NCBI RefSeq assembly: GCF_004010195.1 | Contig: NC_057718.1 | Coordinates: 43,036,395-43,100,394, forward strand | Direction of reading: 5' to 3' | Length of the DNA stretch: 64,000 nt | Origin: Chiloscyllium plagiosum | Taxonomy: Eukaryota | Part shown: positions 1 to 13,600 of the stretch, one piece after another | Numbering within the stretch: the stretch's first letter is position 1 | Layout of the letters: every line of letters starts with the position of its first letter | Translations under genes and position numbers: made by a program | The notes under the pieces: generated by a model | The model's input: the letters and a program-made list of their open reading frames with translations, nothing else | Told to the model about the DNA's origin: nothing | The model's database searches: none

Positions 1-249
1 TCACTTCTTTTCCCCTACTTTTCTCTCTCACCCTGTCTCACAACAAAAGTTTTATATCTTTCCTATTTGATACCAATTTGAAGAAGCAGTTTTTGCAGGC
101 AATTTAAGAGACTACAACATGGGATAACCTGGAGAGATAAAGTTTTGAAACGAAAAATTGTGACTGGCTGAAATGAGAAAGTTGACCATGCAATCGAGCA
201 AAGAAGTTGTTCAGACCTGGTAACCTTTAAGTTACCACATATGTACTGT

Positions 250-560
250 ACCAACATCAAAAATAGTTCACTGTTGCTGCCATATTTTGAAGCTAGCAGG
301 CGAAGGCTTTGGCTAAATATGAACAGGTTTGGATTATTGCCTGTTTTCAGGAGAAATGCGGAAGTGCACTGTGTCATTAGAATGTCCTGGTGTTCCGTTA
401 AGTTAGAATCCATAATGAAGTAACTACAAAATGGGAAGGGAACGGTTCAGAGAGGGAGAGACCTGCAGACAGGTCGATGAGGAATGTAAGAAGAACAGAC
501 AAATCAGACTGGGTGAATTAAACTATTCCACGATAGACCAGCATTAATATGATGCACAGT
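250..560 (+). mobile_element. Highly degraded CR1-like LINE 3' end
   Basis: Weak resemblance to the CR1 ORF2 end and 3' UTR (compare 62590-62817); no intact ORF. Confidence 0.35.
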
Positions 561-3500
561 GGCAAAATTATAAATACATTCTAAAATGCAGCGACCTAGC
601 ACTGCTTCCCAGATCAATATGGGTTTTTTTTTCCGTCAAACTGGGCAGCAAAGGTTTAGTTCTGGCAGATTAATTCATTGGGACCGACAGGGGGCACTAG
701 CCCCAATCGCCGCCCCCAAACTCTGACATTCACATATCAACTTCTACTTCTGGCAGACTTGACACTGAGAAACCTGTGACATTTTGATGCACACCCCATG
801 CTCGCCTATGTCCACCCCCCTCCACCTTTGTGTGGTGTTATTGAGAGAATGCACTGTTGACGCTTTAAGGTTTCCCTTGGCTTAGACAATATTCAAAGCT
901 CTGGACCCAGAATCCTGTTTCTTGCAGAACTATTGCATGCGAATTTGATGAAACTGGAGGATCTGGTTATGGTGAGGAGGGGGGTACGGCCAGGTATTTG
1001 TTTCCCTAATCCTGTAGTTGATATATGACCTTTGGAAATAATGCAACAATATTAATGTTAAATTGTAAGCAAATACATTTATACAAGTACTTGCTTTAAT
1101 TTTATGCTAGATATAGTTTCTTTTTAGATATATAGCATTCTAATTGGTTGCTATTTTGTCTTCGTGAAACAATCTAAAATGCAGGCAAATTACAGACATT
1201 GGTATGACCTTCCCAACACTCAACCTAGATATTTCAAAGATGACATTAAACAAGCAGGACATAATTGTTCCATGGGTGAAGTGAGTTTTTACTTTAATTT
1301 GCATCAATATATTTTTCTATGAAGGTACCGAACCAAAGCGGTCCCTTTCTATATTGCCCCCACAGCATCTGAAGCGATTGAACGTACAGTTCTCCACTGA
1401 GTGGTTAATGCCAATCTAGACTAACATGAATCATTTTACAGACAGCGAATTGTCCTTAACTGGCATAACTGATTTGGACTTGTATATGAATCTCGACATC
1501 TGAAGGAGAATGTTTCAGACCACTGTTTCATCTGACTACCTTACAACTTACTTTTTTTGTCATTGTGTAATGATGAACAATACTGGCTCCACCGACGTGG
1601 CCCGGTTATTTATTTGCTCCACAGCTCGATCCTGTTTCTTTCTTTTTGATCCTTTCTGTTCCTGATCGTCATAACAATAGCACACAAGTGTTATTTCCCA
1701 ACTTAATAGAGGCAAACTATCCCGATACAATCTGGGCTTCTTGTAACCATTGTGGGGCTGGAAGGCAAAGTTAGCCGGGAGTTGCTATTCGAGTGCTGAC
1801 ACAGTAATGTTTCAGCTTGAGACAGTTAGGTGGAATGTCAGTATACATATATTTTTAAAAGGAGCTTCCAACTTGTTGACACCTTGTGCCAATGTGACTG
1901 AATCGTGCATCAAACTCCTTTGTGCATCTTTTGATTCAACTTTTAACCTCTGGCCTCTGTTGCCTTGGTAACGGTGGCAATACTTAATTCCCTCATCTGA
2001 TATAAAATAATTGATATATACACCATGTTATATTTAAAAATTCATTAAATAAATACCAGACTCTATAAAGCGCGGTAAAACCCAGAGAGATCAAGACCTG
2101 TGCAAGCTTCCGACGAGATAAGCTACAGACTTATGGTGTTCCCGGATATAATCTGTGTATTTAGTTATTTGACCAACTGCAGATGCATCGGGACATTGAT
2201 GTCGAAGATGCGATTACTTAAAGAACCGAGTTGCAATTCTGCTCGAAGCAGCACCGCTTAACCGCGGCACAAATAGCGTCCTGGTTCGAGTTATAGTTGC
2301 ACTTTCACACCAACTGGAAAGTGATTATATTATTGGTGTCAATTTCCTCACACTGAGCTGCAGTATCCGTGTATCTATCCATCAGTGTTATTTACCCTTC
2401 CCTGCTATCAGCTCTCAGTCTGAGTGCGCGTTTATCTAATCTGCCGCTGCTTGGATGTCTTGCAAAAATATCCTTCATTATAACTGTTCATATCTTTGCA
2501 TGGCAGCACAGCAGCAAGCATTGTTGGAGAACTATTCCTATTGCGCGGTGAATTTTCCTTAAATCGTGTTTTACAATTGAACGTGATGTCGAGACTCTAC
2601 TTGAACCGTCAGCGTTTCACGTTTTGCATTGTCCTTCTCTTTAAAAATTCTTTCGAAGTTCCCGAGCCTCAGTTTCCAACTTCCTTCAGCGGCGCTAAGT
2701 GTAGTTTCTATCCCAACTACTGGGGTCCCTTGTCATTGTAGATCCTTTGACAGTACAAGGCAGGGAACTGATTAGACAAAACAAAAACTTTAGAACCTTA
2801 TTTTATCTAAGCATTCTCAACCAACAGGATGCTTAACACAGTTTCAATACTTTTACAAGGAAATTGGAAGTCACTGTTCTTTATCTTTTAAAATATTGTG
2901 GAATCATCGATAGGTAACCCTCCATCTCTGCTGTCCCTATAACATCCAAACATCTTAGGTCGTTTGAATGAACCGTGGTACCTTCCAAAGCAAATGTTTT
3001 CAACCGAAATTTTACATCGTTTTCGGGCACGTTCGTTTCGTTGAGAAGTCGTAAGTTAGTTTGCTAGAATAGAAGTTTGGAGATCACTGTAGATTTGGGG
3101 TAATAAATGTCCTTCAGATTAACGCTTTTCTGCCGATTTTGCGCTATAAGAGGTAAAAGTTACTCGGTAATTTCTACAAACCCATAAAATGTAAATGGCG
3201 AACATTGCGAGACTGGGACATCAGGTGACATTTCAAATACCGCAGGCTGGCATTTATTGCATGGGATGGTTCATAATCACGATTTGCCCCATCCTTCATT
3301 ATGGGGTTTGTTTTACTGTGCCGGGAAAGGCATATATAAATATTGCATTTGTCTGCTTAACTTGAGGTGGTACAACAAATGCTTCAGGCTCTGCGAATTA
3401 CACCAAGTTGTTGATTTGAAACTTTTTAATGCGATGTTTCTTTCGTGCCTTGCAGGAAGCGAACACATTCCATCTCATGCTAGCAATGTAGAAAGGAACT

Positions 3501-6500
3501 TATATAGCCAAAGTTAAAGTTAGAACATGTTAATGATTGAATATTAACTCCATGTCTCTCTTTGAAGGACTAAACGTGAGGTTTCATATTTGGGTAGTGC
3601 CACGCTGTACCACAGCGATCAACGGCTGAACTTTAGATTTTAATAAATCTTTAACGATAAATTAGAGATCGAAACTTTGGGAGTGAAACTCACACACTTT
3701 CCACATTTTGCTACATGTTTATACATTTAAATGTCACAAATCCACTAACTCTCGCAGAGAAACTAGTCTGGCAAACTGCTGTCATATGTTCAGTAATGCA
3801 GATTGAATTCTAACGGAGAGGACTGTCAACAGGAAAGTTCCCACCTTGTCTCCAAGCAGAAATATTCACCTAATTTTGCATTAAGCGTATTATTATTAAT
3901 ATATATCATAATTAATCGCATACTGCCTCCCTTAGCATTCTCACACCCATTACATTACTGTTAAGTACCGTATGAGATATGTTTTGACAAATCGTAATTT
4001 GTAACTTAATGCACAAAGTCTTCCTCTCAGTATGTTCCCCGTCTCCGGATATCTATTTCCTGCTTCAACTGAAGTTCTTTGCTGTTATCTTTCGTCTACC
4101 TTCAAAGCTCCGTCCAAATTTCAAAAGCTCTCAGATGATACTTCCTACTTTGCCTAACGCATCTTCTCCAGCCAAGGACTGTACATTTCGTCCAATATCA
4201 AGCGATGTTCTAGCCCTGTATAATTTCAAAAATAAATCAGTGCTTCCGCTTTATGTTCCTCAAGGTATACATTTTTCTGTTTTCTACCCGAGAAAGGATA
4301 AAAAAAATCTTTCCTCACCCCAATATCTTTATGATACTACAAGTTTTGTAAATGTGATTTCTAAATCACGGATATTGTTCGAAAATAATTCCTGCTGAAT
4401 TGATGGTATTACCACTGGCCTGTGTTCCGAAGGTACAGGTTTTCGATGTCTTCATCTCTGAAACGCGTTTATTGCAAGGTTAATGGTTCAAACAAGCTAG
4501 GTACTTCACATCAATATTTTATCTGTCTTAATTAATATCTTCTTTGAACCAAATGCCCGATGAAGGGAACAACAACCCTAAACCAGCACCATACAATGTG
4601 TCCAGATTTCACTGTAAGGTCACTTATCGTGTTATAGATGTGTCCAACAAACTTATTTGCAAAATTCAAAGGTACGTAGTATCTGGAGTTTTTCTATTTC
4701 TCACTGATCCGTACAGTTAGAAGACGCTTCGTGAGCCTAGTTGCTTCCCTTTCTTTCAAGCAACGTGCATTGTTTTCCTACATCGCTATTGCATCTGGCG
4801 GTGAACTCCCACCATTGAAGTCAACGAAGACAAAAACAACACTTTTGAGCATCTAATCACTCTCATACCTGCAGCCAAGCATTTTTACAGTACGCTGGTC
4901 TGTTTATACATTCTGCTGGCCTTTCAGCTGTGTATCGGTTATTGTACTTTCAGAAGCAGTATCTGACTAATGTGTGTCAGTGAAGAGTTAATGGGCAAAG
5001 GACTGAAGGCAGTGAGGGCATCATATGCTGTAAAGCGGGTTTTATTTCTCCATACTGTTAGTTTAGGAGTCTGGTGACAACATCATAAATAGTGTTGTAA
5101 GTTATTCACTGATAAACATGTGTTACAATAAATGGAACTTAATAATGTTAACTTGACCAAATATTTGACTAAAATTGTCTGAATTCCTCCACGCATGTGA
5201 ACCTTTTTACTTATTGTTTCTCGGATAGGAAACTGCAGGTTTGCAGGAAATTCCTTATTTGTTTTGATATTATCCTTACTGGATGTGGCACCAGAGTGTG
5301 CGCGTTGGTGGGGGCTAGGGGTCTATGGAATAACGCAGGCTAACGTTTCTGGGGGGTTTGTACAATCAAAAGCCATCTTTAACTAGGTAGCATTTATATC
5401 CTCAGATTTGAAGAGATAACATGTTTTCAAAATTGAAGTTGACCCAACTGATTCACTTACAATAAGTTACATAGTTCCCTTTATGTGGCATAGAATTAAT
5501 CGCAATTTTGTAAACCACGCGAACGTGCCGAGGATACTTAAAAAATAGCTATTTTAAAATAACTACCAGTGTTATGATTTTCCAGGCCGTATTATTGGAG
5601 TTAAAATATAAATTATAAAGTCTGCTATAACAGAGATTGGTCTTCGGACGGGACGGAACGGGTAACGTTTGCAAATGGAATTATTGATTTTATTCATAAT
5701 TATCCCATTCAGGTAAAGGTGAGTCTTCTCGTAAGCAAAATATTTAAAAGTTAGTAGGGATTAGAATGTTCAAGGGGAGAGTGGGAAGTTGATAAATTGG
5801 TCTTCAACTTTTAAGTCATATACATGAGTTTTCAAAGCCAGCCTTGCAGACGGATTAATGCAGATCCTTTGTTATTATTTTATGGGGCATGAGATTGGAA
5901 ATGTATGCACTGCAGAAACAGACTGATGGGCATAAATCAAAGGCTGATTTCCAGTCACATCACCCCTTTAAAACGCCTGGAAAGCTTTTTGAGTCGAAAG
6001 AGGAAGGAAATAACCTGTAATTCTCCATATAGAAACAGGCGGATGCTTCATGTGAATCTGCAAGTCGTCTTTGGAATGTAGCATTGATGCCACAAGCAAC
6101 ATTAAAATAAAAACAAAAACGCACAGTATATGTGTAAAACAGAGAGGCCGATTAAATGTCGGCGAGAGCGCAGAGCAGTGCGCCAGAAGACCAGAATTTG
6201 CCTTTTCCTAACTCCAGCATTCAAATCACATCGCTAATTCATGAGTAGTCGTACGCAAGGCAGACCGCCGAACATCACATCATCTAAACAGTTAGAGCAA
6301 TATGCACAAGAAAATGAGTCAAACTAATCCGCAAAAGACCAATAAGGCGCAAGACGTTTATTTCAAAGTAAAATTAATTAGTTCTATGGGTAACAGACAT
6401 TTAAACTATTTAAATAAGTGAGCTGCGGTATTGTAATACGAGAATAGGCAATTGCTCTTAAGCCTTAATCTTGCAAAAGAAGACGCAGAGAAAAGATACC

Positions 6501-6847
6501 GGAATCAGTCATTTTTCTCTTGATAACAACACCTATCCCAAAACGGGAGATGGATTTTTTTTTCTTTCCAACAGATCAAAAGATAGCAATGTGCACATTC
6601 CTACCGTAAGTTTTAAATGCTGAAAACATGCACAGATTTCTGTCAATTTTCCTATCATTACAGTTGGGGATACTCTCTCCTCAGGTGTAACGGGCTGGCG
6701 CTCTGAGATAAATAGCAAATCCTTCGCCCTACAGGTTTGCTGCGTGGATCTGCCTGGGGCTCTCTCTCCCGCTTTCTCTTCCCTCACCCCCACCCCCCAA
6801 CACATACACACTCCTATCTATCTTCGCACATTCTCTCTCTTCTACTT

Positions 6848-6861
6848 GGGGGGGGGGGGGG
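6848..6861. repeat. G14 homopolymer followed by an NRF1-like GCTCATGCGCA
   Basis: Directly visible run of 14 G; the adjacent motif is one mismatch from GCGCATGCGCA. Confidence 0.6.
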
Positions 6862-8329
6862 CTCATGCGCAAAATTACGCATTCTTCTCTCATTTGTTCC
6901 TTGTATCAATCAAAAAGTTGGCTATTTATAGGCTACAGAACATGGGATGGTAATAGTGATCTCCCCCTCTCTGTCTGTCCTGAAGTTGTTAAGTGGTCAG
7001 GTTGAGTGCAGCTATTTGGCCATTTGCTATTGCTGAGTCCAGGAGGAAGGTCCCAAGCTGTGATTAACTCAATCTCACTGCAGCCACTAACCATGTGAGT
7101 ACCTAAATCATTATATCTGGGCTCCAAATATCACATTGTTCCATATGCCTTTCACAATATGTGTATGGTGTAGCTATTTTCTTGCATTTTTGTAGATGCG
7201 CCTTAAAGCTCAATATGTAGCGAATCTATTCCTGTGTCTTACTGCTTTGATAAATGTGTCACCTAGCAATTTTTCACTTGGAGGAAGCAAGATAATGCAT
7301 CTTTTATAGATGGAAGGCATGTTAAATGTCTCTGTACTTTCCGCCGTGCTCTCTAGATGGGATATGATGAAGGTTGTTGTTTTGTGAAATTGCAGTGGAA
7401 TTACTCAATATTCATTTTTTTTTATTCCTCGTTCAGTAAAGGCCGTAAAACTGTTGTGAGTATTGTGAGAGAAGCCATCCTTCAGAATGAAATTTGCAAA
7501 GAAACAGATTGGGGTGGGAATTTGCAGTTTTATAAATTAAATATTTGTCGCCATCACAATGGACAGTGTGCACAGACAGTGGTTACAGATTGCTACGTGA
7601 CAAACAAATCTATCTATTGTGTAAAGCTGATTTCGATGTACTAAATCAACTGCAGGAATTCAACTTATGCTACTGAGGGACTATCGAACAGCAATGTAAG
7701 ACGTTTCTTGCTGCTTCAACGCAGTCTGCAACCACTGTTCTCGCATTTGTAAACTGCAAAAGTGAATTCAATTCACATGTTTCATTACCCGTCTCATCTA
7801 ACAAACATCTCCAAATTCTAAATTGAGTCCCTCAATTATTTCCAAAGTTCGGAGTTCCAAAGAGAGCAATGTAGGTTAGATCGTCGTGACAAGTTAGAGA
7901 CCAGTAACTAATGGTCGCGATGTCTGACTGTCTCTTTTTTTTACGGTGAATTGCTTTTTTTGGGGCAATGATTGCTACCCCGGAAAGTTAAAACGGTAAC
8001 TGGTTTGAAAACTACTCAAAGCCAGGTCACAAACTACTCTTACCCGGACCGCACAAAACAATACCTAACGCGTTCAAACTTAGTTTTAGACGCGACTTCA
8101 GTGATCACACGGACTGCTCCCGTGGGCTACTTTAACCGGCATTTGCCGCTATTTCGGATGCGCCGGTCCTGGTTAATACAAAATAAACATGGGCATGAGA
8201 GTAAACTGAACCACACCGTCGCTGATAAGTCACTGATAAGAGGGATAGCTCTGCTAAATAACGCATGACGGATTGACGCCCTTCTAAGATCATTTTGATA
8301 ACATCCCTTTCTTCCTAAGATCAGCTTTC

Positions 8330-8506
8330 TGATACTCAGCATCTATCATTGTTCACGCAAATGGCATTCCCGGTTTAAACACACACACAACACACGCTCA
8401 ATCGCAACATCGGGATTTGTCCTTCGTCAAAACAAAAAAACAAGCTGCCAGTGTACCTGGACATTAGATACCAGATGAAGTGAGAATTCTGTCAACCAAT
8501 ATGTAG
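8330..8506 (+). other. Candidate non-coding first exon (start approximate)
   Basis: Consensus donor TAG|GTGAGT at 8506/8507, followed by T-rich intron-like sequence, inside the CpG island. Confidence 0.4.
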
Positions 8507-9566
8507 GTGAGTTGTATTTTTTGTTTGTTTTTTTAGAAACCTAAAAATAAATTGACATTTTGATCGGCGAACCGCTTCTGGATTAATCATGGTTTCTTTT
8601 TTTGTTGTTGTTTATAAAAATAAAGACGGGAAAAAAAAACGCTGCAAGTGCACGTTTTGTTATCACCCCTGGAGCACCGCCAGTGCCGGGAGATTGTGAA
8701 TTTGGTCCCGTCTGTTGCAACTTGTCATTGATAAAACAAGCCGGGGATGACGCTCTGGGTCACGCTGAGTACGGACGGGCGCATTGCCGAGCGGGTGTGT
8801 GACGATCACATGGCCGCCCTGCTACACCGCTCTTTCCACCCACAAAGCACAATATCACCGCTTTAAATGACACAGGCGCCGAGGCCCCGCAGAAATCCCG
8901 ACCCCCGCTGGCCGGCAAATCGAGAGCCGCCGGCCCCCGCCCTCAGTTTCACAGCACCCCCCCTCCCCCCCCTTTAGACTCCGAGAGTTACCGGTTCCCA
9001 GGAAAGGGAGGCGTGTGTGTTGTAAAGAGGGTTTGCAGCGCTTCCGAACCCCGTGGACATTAAAGCGAAAGTAGCCGGCTTCCATTTACTTTAAACTACC
9101 ACATAACCCCCGGCAGCAGCTCTCGATCTGATAGGGAGGTTGTCCAAGGTAATCGTAAATCAATCACATATTTGCTAAAACGTGCAGCTTTTTCTGACAG
9201 TCTCCGATTGCGATTTTATTAAAGCGCCTGTGAAGCGGCTGATATTGAGCTGAGGGTTACCCTTGCAGAAGGTTGCAACTGTACAGCGACCTCAGCTTTT
9301 AAAGTTCCTGCTATTCTTTCCGAGAGCAGCCTCGGTCGCTGCAACAAGGGGGAGGGGGGAGGCGATGATGTAGAATGATCATTTGCAGGTCTTGTCCTGG
9401 AAATAGATGATAGGTTTGACAGCTGATCCACTGTAGGCCTGGAGATCCTGGCGCGTCAGTTGCATTTTTTTTGCTTGCTTGGTTCAGTTTTGTTGTGACC
9501 ACATGGGGTTGGTGGTAGGAAGCACGTTACGTGCTGAAGATCGTTAGTTCCTGACCATATACAGTT

Positions 9567-9690
9567 TGTGTGTGTGTGAGAGAGAGAGAGAGAGAAGGAT
9601 ATATACATGGTGTGTCAGGAAGATGTGCACTGAAAAAAAGAAAGACAAGTGTATGTGCCTGTGTGTGTGTGTTTGTGAGAGAGAGAGAGT
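9567..9690. repeat. Two compound (TG)n(GA)n microsatellites
   Basis: tgtgtgtgtgtgagagagagagagagaga at ~9567-9595 and gtgtgtgtgtgtttgtgagagagagagag at ~9661-9689. Confidence 0.9.
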
Positions 9691-10597
9691 CTGTATGAGA
9701 GGGAGAAAGTCACATTGAATGCTGGGCCGGCTGCCGCAGTACCTCAGCGAGAAACAACACGATATCCTGCTGTAATCCAAGAGATTTAGTGGCAGTGAAG
9801 CGGCGGCAGCCGAAGGAAATTCAACCGCGCAGGTTAACGTGCGGCCCTAAACCGGCAATGTGTAACTTGTAAACTGTAGCAAGACCCACACCAGTGCAGA
9901 TTGCGAGTGGATTTAGCCAAGTTGTTGTCAGTGAGGAGTATACGCTCCTGTTATATTGGAGGCCCATTGCTTCCCAGGACGTTGCACCAGACAATACACA
10001 ATGCAAGCTCCTAATGCAGTGTCCACGTAGAAGATTGATTGTAGATTTCACCCAGACTGAACTGCTGCAATAATTGCAGGCGATGCATGCCATTGCCAGA
10101 TTGTTTAATTATTTATTAACACACCTTTGAAGAATACATATCTGGGGTGCAGGCCCATCAACCTGTGTGATGCAATGTTAAAGCTATAAGTTAAAACAAT
10201 ACACACACTTCAAAAACGGTCAAGTTTCTTGTTTACGTTGAAATCAGTTTCTTGATTTGGTACGATCACATGCAAGTTGTTGAACTCGCCCTCCACTTAA
10301 ACCCTCTGTCCTGGCACTCTTGAAATTTGATATCATTGCTTTTTAGTGTTTATAGTGACGCAGAGCCTCTGACAGTCAGATCCTGCAAATCAAGGCTTAC
10401 CCACGTTATCCTGCTGGTGGTACTTCTACCCTATTTAAAATCAAGATCCTTCTTCGCCATTTGAGACTCGTCCTGTTCCTCATTTTCGCCTTTTCATATA
10501 TGTATGTCCTGTATGCTTTTTTAAAGTGTGTTAAAACTCTAAGCAAGTTGCAGGAATATTTTGGTTAGGGTTAGCTTAATTGCCCTTTGATTCAAAG

Positions 10598-10653
10598 GTA
10601 TTGCCAGCCAGCACTCTCGCTGTTAATCCCGTCACTGAGACGATCCAGCACTG
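10598..10653 (+). other. Candidate 56-nt internal exon, probably 5' UTR
   Basis: Branch-like CTTAAT plus TGCCCTTTGATTCAAAG| acceptor and CTG|GTAAGT donor. CpG-retaining, no ATG, at the edge of the CpG-rich domain. Confidence 0.5.
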
Positions 10654-13600
10654 GTAAGTTTCACGGTAGAACACTTCAAATAGACAAAAATAGTCTTTCA
10701 ATCATATATATTTCTCCTTACTGTCATCTCATGTAACAACATAGCTCGGGACCATCTTCTGTTTGTGGGAATGGAAGTTAATGTTGTCAGGGAAATTGTT
10801 GCAGTGTTATTTACTTAAATCGTTTTATAACTATTTTTGTGTATTCTTTGCATGTGTGAGAATAATAAGACAATTAGCACACATTGATCTGCATATTCAT
10901 TCTACCTACTTGTTTAATTGAAATAGAGTTGATGGTATTACCATGGCATGTTTAATGATCACCTCATTGCTTTTACTTATTAGTGGAGCATCTACTTGGT
11001 TAACCTAGTTACTATGTTATATTCCTATTAGTCAATGTTTGGAATAGTGTCTATATAGAGGGTTAAAACACTGGCAACATATCTCAGTACAAATCTTAAG
11101 CTTGGCCTATAATTAATAACATACAATGCCAGCAGTCAGCTGATCGAATGCCCTCTCCTTGGCAACGCAGGTTGGTAGATCCGTTGTGCTTTCTGAGTAA
11201 TTCTTGCTTTGGATCCAAAATCTGCACTTGGTTTAACTAGTGATTGTGAAATGGTAACCATAGCTTCCAGAGCTTAGAACAAAATCTATTGAATTCATTT
11301 TTGTGAACCTTCCAATGGAAAAGACCCAGAACAGTCAAAACACTGTTGGGTATAAAATAATGTTTGAACTATTTATTGTAACACAGTAACTGTTGTGGTA
11401 TTAGATATATTGTGCAAATTCAAAACTAATATTAATTCAAAATTATAACACGCAAGTAACCTATCACAGTGTTTTCTGCATAAAATGCCACTCAAAATAA
11501 ATCACACAAAATGTCATTCAAAACGTACATGGGTTTAGAAAATTCAAGTATTAGAAGTGTGATCTTGGTTGCAGAGTATATATCAATTTTTGATAATGAG
11601 ACCATGTAGCAGATGAAAATATAAACTTATTAATTCCTTAACTTCTCAATTTTCTGATTTCTATATCTTATTAAGACTTTTTGCATGAATACTGATGTCA
11701 CTATTCATTAGTACACCATTAAGCTTATGATATGACATTTTGTAAGGTGTGCAAAATATTTGTTGGCATGTTAGGTGTACTTCACGCTTTTTTGAAAAAC
11801 AAGTGTTCGGAATTTTAAACATAAATGTAGGTGATGAATAATTGAACATGGAAAACCATTTGATGTCCCTTAATTTAGCAACTGGATTAGATGGTTTGAC
11901 ATGAAGTTTAGACAATGGTGTGCATTATCTGTTGAAGGCTAGAGGACACTTTGCTTACTTGGCAGCTAAGCTGATGCCTGCCAGGTGAAGTAAATCCATT
12001 TGCAAATGAAGATACTTTGTAACCAAGATGGGTTTCAAAGGGATATTGTTTTATTTGGAAAAATAAAATTGCTTACAAATTGCGCCGATTGGTGGTGCGT
12101 GTTTTGCATTCACTTATCAGGTAATGCATTTCTAATGTTTCTCCCCCTATACTCCACCCTAGCAGCTGGGAAATCTTGACTTCATTAGACTGAACATGTT
12201 TGCCTCAGGCTTTTTGAAGTAATTGAGTTGTAACTCAGGTTAGATTTTAAGGGTTTGAATTGTTATCTTTGGTTTTATGGTCAGATGCTCTAGTTAAATT
12301 TTAGGTTCATGATTAAATGTGAGGCTACAAACTGGGGTCAATGCATTGTTTTTAAGATTCACATTCCGTGACTCTACAGAATGTTCTGGTTTTTCTTTTG
12401 GGGTCACGGTTTGGAGTTTGATGCTTGGGATCTTTCAATCGTCGAACAAAATTTTAGAGAAAAACATACAAATGACATACACATTGGGACAAATTGATTT
12501 TAAAATGCCACAAAGAGATAAAAAATAACAAAAATAACATCTTTGTTGTTGTGATATAATTTTATAATTTTATTGCTCCTGCATTTTGTTTGACTGAAAA
12601 GTATGTGTCCTAAGTCTAATACCATAGTTGTTAGACTATACACCGCAGTACAATCTAGCAATTAAAATGGCTGTCTCTAAGTTGTGCGTTGAGAGCAAGT
12701 CTTCCTGATTTTGTAGGATGACAAAGATCTTGATGGATTTTTATCAGTTGCCTCAAGAAAGCAAATGTATAATTACTGTATTGGCTGCTGTCTCAACTTC
12801 TGTTATTCCTAGTTGTAGTTTTTACAAAGATGGGTTCTGAAATATTTATTTGTGCTTAGCATCACAGTGCAACTTTACTTTTTTTATGGATGTGAGCTTT
12901 GGTTAAATGTCAGCAACTCTGAAAATTGATGTAATAACATGCTATATTGATCTGTTTTGGTGCTGGATTCCTAGATAATGAAGTCCATGATAAGAAAGGT
13001 TCCATAACACCATCCCGTTCTTCCATGAAGAAAAACAAACAGTCCAGAAACTAAAAAGGTGTACTGCACTTTATATTCCAGTTCCCATGTGCTCGGCTTT
13101 GTTCTCTCATGGAAGGCTGTTTGATACTTTATAGTTCTTTTTTTAGTAGAATGTGGAATTAACTAATTTAGCAACAATTCCAATGTCAGGGCTTTTCATA
13201 GCTGTCAGAAGGAAGCCTGTATAAGCAGATGAGTCAGTTATGAATTTCATTATTCTGCATCCCTCAATTTTCAGTAAATCACGATTAGATCAAGTTGGAA
13301 TGATATGCGGAATGGCATATTCTTTATTTTGGATTTGGAAGTATGTGTGCTTTTTGCGCAGACTCAACATCTCCATTTCTCACATCAGGCGTTCTTTTGC
13401 CTTTGAGTGGATGGAAAATTCAATGCCACATTATGGATAGTTTTATGTTTGACTCATATTTGCGACAGTTCAAATCCATTTCACTTGGGGCTTTTCCGAG
13501 TTATTAAGCAGGTCATCTGCCTCACCTCTTTGGACTTATTTCAAATTCATGCCCAAGAAGCAAAAAGATCGTGTTCTTAATCTCCTGTCCTGCTCAATCA

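Larger units (their letters stand above)
8000..9900. promoter_or_regulatory. CpG island / promoter of an unidentified gene (probably + strand)
   Basis: GC- and CpG-rich core ~8660-9130 with a GC box (CCCCCGCCC ~8933), a YY1-like CACATGGCCGCC (~8807) and half-CRE TGACG sites. No recognisable TE; adjacent + strand splice donors. Confidence 0.75.

Noticed and set aside
12121..12162. CAG|GTAATG ... CCCTAG| looks like an intron
   Set aside because: Only ~42 nt, below the usual vertebrate minimum; no flanking ORF.
12260..12274. TTGTTATCTTTGGTT resembles the start of the miR-9 precursor
   Set aside because: The match stops after 9 nt of the mature sequence (continues TTATGG, not ATCTAGCTGTATGA), and no star arm is visible.
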